A stretch of DNA of 64,000 bases from an uncultured Verrucomicrobiae bacterium. Lineage in GTDB: Bacteria; Verrucomicrobiota; Verrucomicrobiia; Limisphaerales; Palsa-1400. The notes under the pieces were generated by a model, which was not told where the DNA came from, searched no databases, and worked only from the letters and a program-made list of their open reading frames with translations. The position numbers and the translations under genes were made by a program. The stretch is taken from contig CAVXRD010000004.1 of assembly GCA_963764165.1 (NCBI GenBank), forward strand, positions 384,001 through 448,000, given 5' to 3'. This document shows, piece after piece, positions 36,201-45,277 of this stretch. Position 1 is the first letter of the stretch. Each line of letters opens with the position of its first letter.

Positions 36201-36498
36201 GACTCCCGCCCACCGAATCGTGCGGCCGGACATGGATGATTTGCCGGGGGCCATGGCCTTTTCGTCCGACGGACGGCTGATGGCGCTGACGTATTCGCGG
36301 TCGGTCATCCGGCTGGTGGAACCAGCCACAGGCAATCTCCTGGCGCAATTGGAACCGGTCCCAGCCAACGATATTGTGGGACTCGCCTTTAACGCGGACG
36401 CCAGCGAATTAGCCGTGACGCGGGTGGATGCGCCGCCGCAGATTTGGCACTTGCGCCATCTCCAGGAACAACTCGCCGCGATGTCGCTGGAGTGGTAG
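33298..36498 (+). CDS. Hanks-type Ser/Thr kinase with N-terminal Zn ribbon, TM and WD40 repeats
   Basis: CVVC/CPRC; IARGGMGVVY, VAVK, HRDLKPAN, DFGLAK, GTPAYMAPE; TM; repeated FSPDG/WD units. Confidence 0.95.
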   Translation: MSVKSNCVVCGAPMPPDSPGGNCPRCLLGLAAGGLPASALNPRENSPARFGSQPPRFFGDYELLGEIARGGMGVVYRARQLSLNRLVAVKMILDGPLAVPGFIERFQMEAEAAAKLGHPNIVPIYEIGEYDGRHFFSMKLFEGGHLCGQATRCPPPDQKQGAAACHQRQVEIAQLLRMVAEGVHHAHQRGILHRDLKPANILMDDEGRPHVADFGLAKLMGDNSLLTQTGALSGTPAYMAPEQAAGESAPLTTATDIYSLGAILYQLLTGQPPFHAPSAVQTLRQVVENEAVPPHRVNSSVDQRLSTICLKCLHKEPARRYTSARALAEDLQRWQNGETILALPSTGTENFLRWCRRNPAIAILSALVILSLVTVAVVSTSEAFHIKHARDSLAAAEKDAKAKLWESLLAQARAERWSGRPGQRFDGLDAIASAATIRKSTALRNEAIACLSLTDIRLLPNTPATSNRDERLYVDWAHQQYAWSAADGSISIRRWADRSELMRLPSLGRIDFVKSVSPDGRWLSASYTEDRVSIIDLQKHVETLMLTNASFVSFSPSSAEAVVDVGSNSFTVVNLDGSGSSHAYPLPNNIGNANWSPDGAKIAFAGEKYVCVVDANSHALIRRFTLPGDCIQAVWNPDGLHIAATGSDKKIRILDAADGSQLPPLVGHLGSVTSVAFHPAGHILASTGWDGLMRLWDWRSGKEIIRIPAGSEGIFFSPDGRFIANTGRAETMLNVFELVVNETVVTLPDWPRNGAGDAVLFDPKNRWFATSIDNSTTFWNPHDGKLLGRVENLPAAWLQNIRGNQSVLAWADGFHLLEPGFDGGSLKLAAPARFQITASSDVKKWLPNGFDSDVLRQATSRLSCSASGKTTALVAGGRCFVIDMTSNTLEAVTGLQEFMKFVAVSPNDHWIATGAWNMPNTKVWDAATGKEMATLPTANSPNVAFSSDGRWLVTSTGREYRFWNVKGWTPAHRIVRPDMDDLPGAMAFSSDGRLMALTYSRSVIRLVEPATGNLLAQLEPVPANDIVGLAFNADASELAVTRVDAPPQIWHLRHLQEQLAAMSLEW

Positions 36499-36536
36499 CG
36501 GAACAATGACAAACCACGTTACGGCGAAGGCCCCCC

Positions 36537-36613
36537 CGAGCCGTCCTATAATTCGCATTATTCCCATTGCTCGCATGAAAATGGAATAATGGGACTGATG
36601 GGAATAATCGGAA
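36537..36613 (+). repeat. Dispersed 9-bp-period hairpin element, copy 1
   Basis: cgagccgtcctataattc followed by TCCCATnnn-type units and then complementary ATGGGAnnn units; homolog at 50272-50357. Confidence 0.7.
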
Positions 36614-36658
36614 AGCTGCAAAGGTCAACGACGATGGCCGTAAACAACCCACTTTTCC

Positions 36659-36683
36659 TGTAACCTTTGGCGCAGGAAGGGTC
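36659..36683 (+). promoter_or_regulatory. Candidate ECF promoter TGTAACC-N14-GGTC upstream of the giant repeat protein
   Basis: Matches 33260-33284 in motif and spacing. Confidence 0.6.
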
Positions 36684-36753
36684 AGTAACCATCTGACCGA
36701 CCTCTCCCTCAAGGCTCGGACGAGACACTAATCCGCTGAGAAGGAGAAATTGT

Positions 36754-39700
36754 ATGATGAAGGTCGGAAAAGATTCTGCCGCGTTGCGCGCGGGCATGAT
36801 GGGCAGTCTGCTGGCTGGCGGCGTGTCGTTCCACGCCGCAATTTCCTGCAAAAAAGGAGTCCTGACATGGTTGGATTCGTGCCTTATCGCGGCGCAGCGA
36901 ACTCAGACATTCACGAAAGCCATATCCTGGCCGGTGAATTTGGGTGACTGGGCTGGTTGCGTGATTGCGAGTGCTGCGGCAATGTTTTTGATTGCTCTGT
37001 CCTGCGGAAACGCCTCCGCTGCCACACTGTATTGGACAAATCTCAGTGGAGGCGATTGGAGTGGGGCTTCAAATTGGAAGCCCAATCAAGTTCCCGGCGG
37101 AACGGACACCGCGTTCGTTCTCAGCAACGGCACTTACACGATTTCGGTGAATCCTGGGGAACTAGTTTCAGTCAGCAACCTGACGATCGGCGCCAGCAGC
37201 GGGACACAGACCCTCGATATCGCCGGCGGCCTGGTCGTGAATGGCACGTGTGTGGGAAATGCCAATACCGTGATCGAGAATGTCGATAATTATCAGGCCG
37301 ACACCGCAGGCGGATTTTTGAACGGCTCCGGAACCATGACACTGGCGGGAGCGCTGTATTGGGAAGTGCCCCAATATGGAATCCTCTCAGGCCAGGTTAA
37401 TGCAAACATCACCCTTTCCAAAATTTCAACCGCCAACGCGGTCCTGTGCTGTCCGTTCATTTACTCCGGCCCGGTTGGCTTTACGGGCAGCGAATGGGTC
37501 AACACGGGGAGCATGACAATTTGCCTTGGCCCGCTCAATCTGGGGACAGGCACAACTCTCAGCAATGCGCCGGGAGCGACGATTACGCTCACCCTGCTCG
37601 GCAACAACCCCAATCACATTATTCCGACCAACGGCATCGGCGGCAGCGGCACATTCGTCAACAACGGCAAGCTGCTCGTTTCGGACACGAACGGGCAGGA
37701 CTTCATCCAACCCCTTTTTGTCAACAATGGCGAATTAGTGATCACCAATGGCGCCACCCTCGCATTGTACGGAGGTGGCACCAACACGGGCTTTGTGACC
37801 AATTGCTTGAATTGCGCGCTTTTGTGCACCAATGGCGCGTATGAATTCGATCCCGGCTCGATTGTTGATAGTCAAGGCAGCTTCAAAAACTGGGCCACTC
37901 TCCACATTGACGGCACTGTCAAATGCCCAACTTTTACCGACCAGGGGACAACCGAAATAAGCGGACTTTTGCAGGTGACCAACGGATGCATAGTTTATGG
38001 GACTGAAACACTGACCAACTCGGGAAAACTTCAAGCCGGCAACCTCTATATGTCGAGCGCGTTCAACCAAGTGAGTTCGGGGTCCACCGTGTCCGTTTCC
38101 AATGGGCTGACGCTCGGCGGGCGCGCGGTTGCCGTGTTTGACGGAATACTTAACATCGGAGGCACGGCCGCGTTCAATTCGTTTACTACGGCGACACTGG
38201 GCGGCACCGCTTATTTCACAAATTCCGTCGACATCGTCGGCGGCACGGTTACGGCCACCAACTTGGCCAATGTAAGCGTCGGAAATTCCGTCACTTTATC
38301 CTCCGGAAATCTAGCCTTGAACGGCAGCGGGCCGTTCACCGCCGCTTCCTTTATTTTTTCCAACGGCGTTCAGTCTGGCACCCAGCCGCTTCAAGTCAGC
38401 GGGCCGTTGTTTTGGTCTGGGGGGACGCTCGATGGCATTGTGGACTGCGATGGCGGAACAGTGACCGCATCGAACGCGACCATGACTGGCGGGCTGCTCG
38501 TCAACTCGGGAACAATGGGCTGGGCCGCCAATCCAATGAACATGTACAGCGGCGCGGAAATCAGCAATGCGGCTTCTGGAATCATCAACATCACCAATTC
38601 TCAATGGAATAACGATGCGGGTGGAGGATTGCTGGCCAACGGCGGCACGATGAATCTCTGGAACACGGACACAATCAACATCGGGCTAATGAATGCGGGC
38701 ACCATCAATATCAATTCTGGCACGCTGTCAACTTTCGTTGGCACCAACGCCGGGACGATGTCGGTGGCGTCCGGCGCAACTCTCTCCACCGCAAATTCCT
38801 ACACGACATTCTCCTCCACCGGAAGTGCCGCCATCGCGGGACCGGGCACATTGAGCGTGAGTTCCGGCACGCTTAATTCAGCGGGCGCGCTGAGCCTCGC
38901 AGGGGGTGTCAATGGCGTGATTTTGAACGTTAATGGCGGAACGGCCAACTTCAACGGCGGCGCCACCGCCATGCCATCCCAAATCTCGTTCAGTTCAGGA
39001 ACGATGAGCGGCAGCCAACTGTTGTCAGCCAGCGGCCCGTTCAACTGGTCCGGCGGAACGCTTGAAGCGAATGTTGAATGTGTTGGCGGGAACGTGACTG
39101 TGCAGGGCGTCAACTCATATGGCGGTCAAATCGTGAACACCGGCACAATGGGCTGGAGCGCGAATCCGATTTATTGTTACCCGGGAACATTCTTTAGCAA
39201 CTCACCCACCGGCATAATCAATATCACCAATGATAATTTGTATTCCGAAAGCGGCGGAGTTTTTGCCAATGCCGGCCAGATGAATATTTGGTCTTCCAGC
39301 GCCATTGACATTCCCATAACCAACAACGGGGCAATCAACATCAATGGTGGAACGTTCAATTGGAACGGAGGCGGCACCCACTCAGGAACCCTCACCATAG
39401 CTTCAGGCGCAACGTTTCAACCAGCCAGTGGCACGCTCACCTGCGCGCCAGGTTCCACAGTCGCCGGCGCGGGTGCCTTGAGTGTAAGCGGAGCTACAGT
39501 CAATTTTAACGGCGCGCTCAACGTCCAGGGTCCATGGCAATTTCAAAACGGGACTGTCAACTACAACGGGACCACGACCTCCACCGGAAATATTTGCACC
39601 ATCAGCGGAGCCTCCGTCAACGTCAACGGAACGGGAAGCCTGATCCTTGGCGCCGTGAACTTCAGCGGTGGCGGCCTGGCGGGCAGCCAGACCATTACGG

Positions 39701-42700
39701 ACAACGGGCCATTCAATTGGTCGGGGGGCGCATTGAGCGGCATCATACTCTGCAATGGCGGCAATGTGACTGTCCCGGGCCAGAATTCATTCGGCGGCCA
39801 GATTATCAACTCAGGCACAATGGGCTGGAGCCCCAACCCGCTTTACTGCTACTCCGGCACCTTGATCAGCAACACGGCCACCGGCACGCTCAATGTCACA
39901 AATTGCACGATGTACACCGAAGGCCCGAGCACGTTCGCCAATGCCGGCCAGATGAATGTATGGTCCTCCAGCACCATTGACATTTCCCTCAACAACGTTG
40001 GAGCGATGAGTCTGAACGCCTGGACGCTGACTTTGAACGGTGGAACCAATTCCGCGACCATTACAGTTGCCGCGAGCGCGACCCTTGAGCCAAATGCCGG
40101 CACACTCACCTGTGCGTCCGGTTCTGTGGTCAATGGCGCGGGAACCCTTTACGTAAATGGAGGGACGGTCAATTTTAACGGAGCGCTGAACGTGCAAGGA
40201 CCATGGCAATTCCCAGGCGGAACGTCCTATTATAACGGCACGACAACTTCCAGCGGCAATACGATCACGGTCAATGGAGGCACGGTAAGTTTTAGTGGTT
40301 CCGGCAATCTAAGCCCAGGCGTGCTCAACTTGAGCGGCGGGACGCTTGGTGGAGGCCAGACCGTAAATGTCGGCGGGCCTTTCAATTGGTCCGGCGGGCA
40401 GCTCAGCGGAGTTGTCCAATGCAGCGGCGGCAATGTAACCGTCCAGAGCGCCAATTCGTTGGGTGGCCAGATTATCAACACGGGCACGATGGCTTGGAGC
40501 CCCAATCCAATCTATTGCTACACCGGCACGATGTTCAGCAACTCCCCCACCGGCGTCGTTAACGCCACCAATTTCGTATTGTACACCGAAGGCCCCAGCA
40601 CTTTTGCCAACGCGGGGCAAATGAATGTATGGTCGTCCAGCACCATCAACATTGCCCTCACCAACACAGGAAGCCTCAACGTCAATTCCGGCACGCTGAA
40701 CTTGGGCGGAGGTGGCACGAATGCTGGCACGATTGCAATCGCGTCCGGTTCGACATTGCAATCCCCCAGCGCAATGACGTGCCTTTCCAACTCCGCGATC
40801 ATCGGGCCAGGCACTTTGAGCATTACTTCTGGCACATTTAACTCCGCAGGCGCTCTAAGCCAGGCCGGCGGAGTTAATGGAGTCACAGTTGCAATCCCGG
40901 GTGGGACGGCAAACTTTATAGGCAGCTCGACAGCGACGCCCGCGCAAATCCTGTTGAATGGCGGAACACTGGCTGGCAGTGAATTGGTGGCTGCCTCCGG
41001 CCCGTTCAACTGGTCAAGCGGCGCCATGGATGGAATTGTCCAATGCAACGGCGGCAACGTGAATGTGTCGGGCGCCAGCATCAATGGCGGCCAAATCATC
41101 AACACAGGCACGATGGCTTGGACGACGACTCCGCTTTATTCGTACGGCGCCAGCTTGGTCAGCAACTCCCCCAGCGGAGTCATTAATATGACTAACGCCA
41201 CGATCTACAACGAAAGTGGCGGAGCCGTTGCCAACGCCGGCCGGTTGAACGTGTGGTCTTCGAGCTCCATCTATATTCCTCTGACCAACAACGGAACAAC
41301 AAGCGTGAACGCTGGCGCGCTGGCCTTGGTCGGTGGCGGCAGCAATTCTGGGACTGTCTCAATCGCTTCGGGCGCGACGTTTAGTCCGGCCGGCAACACC
41401 TTCACGTCTGACACCGGGTCGTTAATATCTGGCGCGGGCAATCTCAACGTCGGTGGCGGCACGGCGAATTTTAACGGCGTCGTGAACGTTGCCGGCATTT
41501 GGGGTTTTTCAGGCGGCACGGCCAATTACAACGGCACGACATCGTCCAGCGGAATGACAATCAATGTCAACGGCGGCACGGCCAACTTCAACGGCATCGG
41601 CAATTTGAATCCCAGCCTGGTGACGCTGAGCAGCGGGACGCTGGCAGGCAGCCAAAGCATCGCAGACTCTGGACCGTTCAACTGGTCCGGCGGGTCGATG
41701 GATGGGGTCGTGAATTGCAACGGCGGGATCGTCAACATCCAGGGATCGAGTATGAACGGTGGCCAAATAATCAACTCCGGCACAATGGCTTGGAGCCCCA
41801 GTCCGCTTTATTCGTATGGCGCAAACTTGATCAGCAATGCGCCCGCTGGTGTTCTCAACATGACCAATGCCACGATTTACAACCAGAGCGGAGGAACGCT
41901 CGCCAATGCCGGCCAGATGGCCATCTGGTCGTCAAGTTACATTGGCATTTCGTTTACCAATTCCGCCGCTGTAAACATCAGTGCTGGAATTTTGTCGCTC
42001 GGCATCGGCACTAACGCCGGAACGATCGCCATATCGTCTGGCGCGGTTTTGAATTCCAGCAGTCCGTTCACTTGCCTCGCTAACTCCTCGATTGTCGGTC
42101 CCGGCACGCTGAATATCAGCGCGAACACGTTCAATTCCGAAGGGAACCTGAGCCTCGAAGGCGGCGCCAGCGGCGTTATCGTCGACATCACCGGTGGGAC
42201 GGGAAATTTTATCGGCTCCTCGCCTGCGACGCCGTCAGAAATTTTGTTGAGCGGCGGCACGTTGGCCGGCAATCAGCTTCTGTCGGCGAGCGGGCCGTTT
42301 AATTGGTCGGGCGGGAGCCTGAACGGTCTTGTCCAATGCAACGGCGGCAGCCTCACCGCGCAAAGTTCCAGCATCACCAGCGGGCAAATCATTAACACCG
42401 GGACGATGGGTTGGAGCCTCAGCCCGCTTTATTCGTATGGCGCGAGCGTGATCAGCAATGCGCCCACTGGAATGATCAACATGACCAATGCGACGATTTA
42501 TAACGAGAGCGGCGGCGCCTTCAACAACTCAGGCCGGTTGAATGTGTGGTCTTCAAGCACCATGAACATTCCGCTTACGAACAATGGAACGATTAATCTG
42601 GATTCCGGCACGCTGAACTTGAATGGCGGTGAGAGCCTCGCGAATGGCACGCTCGATTTCGGCATCGCCAGTCTCGCGGAATTTGGAAAGCTAAACGTGC

Positions 42701-43131
42701 CTGGAAACGTCGATCTCGCTGGCACGGTTGCGCTAACTTTGAACGGTTACACCCCGCTTATCGGCGATACGTTCAACCTCATCTCCTACGGCTCGGAATC
42801 GGGCGCGTTCGGCACATTTACCACGCCGTCATCGGCAAATTGGCAGGAGGATTACGGCGCGACTGCGTTCTCGGTGCAAGTCAGCAACTTTGCCGCGCCC
42901 ACAAATGTCACACTGTTCGCCGCCCAGAATGCGTTGGGCACAAACGGATTCACCATCCAAGTTTCCGGCCCGGCTGGATCCAATTATCTAGTGCAGGTTT
43001 CAACTAATCTCGCCGGCGTGAATTGGATTGCGGTGACGAATTTCATGAGCACCACGACATTGACCAGCGTCACTGATTCGGAGGCAACGAATGGGTACGT
43101 GAGCCGTTTTTACAGGGCCTCGATCCATTGA
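36754..43131 (+). CDS. Giant Gly/Asn/Ser/Thr-rich secreted repeat protein (beta-solenoid, adhesin-like)
   Basis: Signal-like ...LIALSCGNASA then ATLYWTNLSGGDWSGASNW; seven GP(F/L)xWS(G/S)G landmarks 207-224 aa apart; C-terminal STNL..W...RFYR domain; true start may be downstream. Confidence 0.88.
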   Translation: MMKVGKDSAALRAGMMGSLLAGGVSFHAAISCKKGVLTWLDSCLIAAQRTQTFTKAISWPVNLGDWAGCVIASAAAMFLIALSCGNASAATLYWTNLSGGDWSGASNWKPNQVPGGTDTAFVLSNGTYTISVNPGELVSVSNLTIGASSGTQTLDIAGGLVVNGTCVGNANTVIENVDNYQADTAGGFLNGSGTMTLAGALYWEVPQYGILSGQVNANITLSKISTANAVLCCPFIYSGPVGFTGSEWVNTGSMTICLGPLNLGTGTTLSNAPGATITLTLLGNNPNHIIPTNGIGGSGTFVNNGKLLVSDTNGQDFIQPLFVNNGELVITNGATLALYGGGTNTGFVTNCLNCALLCTNGAYEFDPGSIVDSQGSFKNWATLHIDGTVKCPTFTDQGTTEISGLLQVTNGCIVYGTETLTNSGKLQAGNLYMSSAFNQVSSGSTVSVSNGLTLGGRAVAVFDGILNIGGTAAFNSFTTATLGGTAYFTNSVDIVGGTVTATNLANVSVGNSVTLSSGNLALNGSGPFTAASFIFSNGVQSGTQPLQVSGPLFWSGGTLDGIVDCDGGTVTASNATMTGGLLVNSGTMGWAANPMNMYSGAEISNAASGIINITNSQWNNDAGGGLLANGGTMNLWNTDTINIGLMNAGTININSGTLSTFVGTNAGTMSVASGATLSTANSYTTFSSTGSAAIAGPGTLSVSSGTLNSAGALSLAGGVNGVILNVNGGTANFNGGATAMPSQISFSSGTMSGSQLLSASGPFNWSGGTLEANVECVGGNVTVQGVNSYGGQIVNTGTMGWSANPIYCYPGTFFSNSPTGIINITNDNLYSESGGVFANAGQMNIWSSSAIDIPITNNGAININGGTFNWNGGGTHSGTLTIASGATFQPASGTLTCAPGSTVAGAGALSVSGATVNFNGALNVQGPWQFQNGTVNYNGTTTSTGNICTISGASVNVNGTGSLILGAVNFSGGGLAGSQTITDNGPFNWSGGALSGIILCNGGNVTVPGQNSFGGQIINSGTMGWSPNPLYCYSGTLISNTATGTLNVTNCTMYTEGPSTFANAGQMNVWSSSTIDISLNNVGAMSLNAWTLTLNGGTNSATITVAASATLEPNAGTLTCASGSVVNGAGTLYVNGGTVNFNGALNVQGPWQFPGGTSYYNGTTTSSGNTITVNGGTVSFSGSGNLSPGVLNLSGGTLGGGQTVNVGGPFNWSGGQLSGVVQCSGGNVTVQSANSLGGQIINTGTMAWSPNPIYCYTGTMFSNSPTGVVNATNFVLYTEGPSTFANAGQMNVWSSSTINIALTNTGSLNVNSGTLNLGGGGTNAGTIAIASGSTLQSPSAMTCLSNSAIIGPGTLSITSGTFNSAGALSQAGGVNGVTVAIPGGTANFIGSSTATPAQILLNGGTLAGSELVAASGPFNWSSGAMDGIVQCNGGNVNVSGASINGGQIINTGTMAWTTTPLYSYGASLVSNSPSGVINMTNATIYNESGGAVANAGRLNVWSSSSIYIPLTNNGTTSVNAGALALVGGGSNSGTVSIASGATFSPAGNTFTSDTGSLISGAGNLNVGGGTANFNGVVNVAGIWGFSGGTANYNGTTSSSGMTINVNGGTANFNGIGNLNPSLVTLSSGTLAGSQSIADSGPFNWSGGSMDGVVNCNGGIVNIQGSSMNGGQIINSGTMAWSPSPLYSYGANLISNAPAGVLNMTNATIYNQSGGTLANAGQMAIWSSSYIGISFTNSAAVNISAGILSLGIGTNAGTIAISSGAVLNSSSPFTCLANSSIVGPGTLNISANTFNSEGNLSLEGGASGVIVDITGGTGNFIGSSPATPSEILLSGGTLAGNQLLSASGPFNWSGGSLNGLVQCNGGSLTAQSSSITSGQIINTGTMGWSLSPLYSYGASVISNAPTGMINMTNATIYNESGGAFNNSGRLNVWSSSTMNIPLTNNGTINLDSGTLNLNGGESLANGTLDFGIASLAEFGKLNVPGNVDLAGTVALTLNGYTPLIGDTFNLISYGSESGAFGTFTTPSSANWQEDYGATAFSVQVSNFAAPTNVTLFAAQNALGTNGFTIQVSGPAGSNYLVQVSTNLAGVNWIAVTNFMSTTTLTSVTDSEATNGYVSRFYRASIH

Positions 43132-43155
43132 ATTGCCCGCGAACGCATTTGCAAG

Positions 43156-44715
43156 CTACGGAATCGTGGATCCGTTTCCGTTCTTGTCGTACCAAGTCAG
43201 CTCGTAGCCGTTGGAAGTTTGCTGAAGGGTGTAGTTGCCCGGAGAATCCTCCTCTTTCCAAGGCTGGGATGTGTAGATGTTCGTTTGCAATTGGGCGCCC
43301 AGCTTCGCCCGGGCGTCCGAGTTGAACTGCAATTGTTGACGCGCCCAGGCAGCGTCCAGCGGCGGGCCGTAGCCCATTTTTTGGACGCGAGCGCTTCCCT
43401 CGTTCCACAACAGGTTATAGACAGCCCTTTGAAAAGGGTAGTCCATTAGCGTCTGCTGCGGCACTTCTCGAATGGCGACTTCCGGACGAAACGAACGATA
43501 CAAACCCAGCCAGCAGATGCCTGCGGCTGCTATCGCCACCGCCATTACAAAATTTGACCATCGCCAACGCCCCTTGCCCGATTGTTTCCAGAAACAGAAG
43601 ATCAATGCCCCCGCTAGCATCGGAACGGCTGTGTTGCAGGCGATGGTCAACGCGGCGGCTTCGGTGTAGATTTTTTTCTGAGTTTGGAAGAACGGCCTCC
43701 ACGAAATGTAGGCGTCCTTTTTCATTTGATCGCCCGTCAGCGTGGCGGTGAGTTTTGTCGCCACCTGGCTTTTTGAGACCAATTTTCTCAAATACGGATG
43801 CACAGCCGGGATGCCGCCATAATCACTGTAACTTTGATAGTATCCGTCGGGAAAAATAACCTTCTCGCAGCGCTCGATTTCAAAACTCGGAGCGGAAGCT
43901 TCCGTTTCCCCGAAAACATAAAGATCGAAGCGGCACGGCTTGTTTTCGATGCCGGTTAGGCGAAGCGGATAAACAGGCCGGTCCGTGCTAAATACGAGGG
44001 AGATTGGATGCGCCTTGAACGCGTCCCCGCCTGAAGCGTCTTTGCGAACTTTGCTGGCGACGAAATACCAGCCCTCCGTTGCGTAATCTGAAATGGTTGG
44101 GCCTAGCGCGGAGGGAATTTCAAATCCGTTCCGATGAAGCCAATCGGCCAGCGATTGCCCATTTGAAGGTTTCAAGGTCGCCGTGTCATAGATTCCCACC
44201 GTCTTGCGCTCGAGCACGGCGACTTCCGACAAAGCGTCCCCAAACAAGCCCTGGCTCATTGCGGTGCGGCGGGACGCGGAAGACACCCCAATCAGGACGA
44301 CGGTGGCCACGAAGACGACGAAAAGAATGGCGGCATAACGCCCCCTTCTAACTTCCCAAATGCACAACAAAACAAAGAGCGTGACAAGAATCACGGGCAA
44401 ATAAAATCGCGTGACGGAAAGAACGACATGCGGGGCAAACAGCACTTGCAGCGTCGGAAATAACCCCGGGGTCGCCGCCTCCACTTTCGGCGCGCTCGGC
44501 ACCGGAATAATCCATGCAAAGTTTGTCCCCTCGCCCTCCAGCGATGTATCAATCACCAGCGTTTCGATTCCATTGGTGTAATGAATCAGCGCGCGCTGAT
44601 CGGGAATTTGAACTTTGGCAAATCCAATTGGGGGTATAAAGCAACCATCCGCGAAAAGGCGCGACGGCAAAAGAACGATCGACGCAACCAATGCAATGAG
44701 CCGGATGATTCGCAC
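43156..44715 (-). CDS. DUF2330-like membrane protein
   Basis: Signal peptide then DGCF, QRALIHY, FAWIIPVP, VGIYD, WL..NGF, WYFVASK, PVYPLRLT; several internal TMs. Confidence 0.8.
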   Translation of the reverse strand: MRIIRLIALVASIVLLPSRLFADGCFIPPIGFAKVQIPDQRALIHYTNGIETLVIDTSLEGEGTNFAWIIPVPSAPKVEAATPGLFPTLQVLFAPHVVLSVTRFYLPVILVTLFVLLCIWEVRRGRYAAILFVVFVATVVLIGVSSASRRTAMSQGLFGDALSEVAVLERKTVGIYDTATLKPSNGQSLADWLHRNGFEIPSALGPTISDYATEGWYFVASKVRKDASGGDAFKAHPISLVFSTDRPVYPLRLTGIENKPCRFDLYVFGETEASAPSFEIERCEKVIFPDGYYQSYSDYGGIPAVHPYLRKLVSKSQVATKLTATLTGDQMKKDAYISWRPFFQTQKKIYTEAAALTIACNTAVPMLAGALIFCFWKQSGKGRWRWSNFVMAVAIAAAGICWLGLYRSFRPEVAIREVPQQTLMDYPFQRAVYNLLWNEGSARVQKMGYGPPLDAAWARQQLQFNSDARAKLGAQLQTNIYTSQPWKEEDSPGNYTLQQTSNGYELTWYDKNGNGSTIP

Positions 44716-44804
44716 CTTGTACTTGTGGTAATTGCAAAGATCGTTTCCGTCAAACCATTTTCCTTATGCGAATCAGGTGCGTTGTATTATGATCAATTCC
44801 CAGC

Positions 44805-45176
44805 ATGAACTCCTCGGATTTGTTCGCATCCGCTGATTTTGAGACTTCCGAAATCATTTTCATTGTGGTGGCGGCGATCATTGGCTTGCCAAAGATGTAC
44901 GCTGTTCATTGCTGGCTGGATCGTTGCTGCGTCAGGCTCGCCCGCAAATTCTGTCAAAGGAAGGGCTTGGAAGTCAACCGAACACGACACGGAATGGCGT
45001 TCGACTCACGACGCGTGAAAACGGAGTTCACGATTGTAGAGCTGGATTGCCTCGATGGCAAAGGGCAGAGAAAATTGGTTCGTTTGGTGGTTTGGGTTTT
45101 CGGTGTTAAGTCAGTGCTCTGCCACGAGGATTACCCCACCGATTTCGATGAGAAGTGGCCTGACTCAAAACGTTAG
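44805..45176 (+). CDS. Small membrane-anchored hypothetical protein
   Basis: 123-aa ORF with hydrophobic IIFIVVAAIIGL segment filling the gap between divergent/convergent genes. Confidence 0.6.
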   Translation: MNSSDLFASADFETSEIIFIVVAAIIGLPKMYAVHCWLDRCCVRLARKFCQRKGLEVNRTRHGMAFDSRRVKTEFTIVELDCLDGKGQRKLVRLVVWVFGVKSVLCHEDYPTDFDEKWPDSKR

Positions 45177-45277
45177 AGACACAGTTAAATCCGCCTTCGA
45201 GAGGCAATCTCCGATTGCTGCGAGAGCCATGCCTCAACCCGGACGCCCCGGCGAGGCGTCCCAGCCTTCAAGAGCTG

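Noticed and set aside
36754..43131. Classical autotransporter or RTX toxin
   Set aside because: No C-terminal beta-barrel ending in an aromatic residue and no GGxGxD nonapeptide repeats
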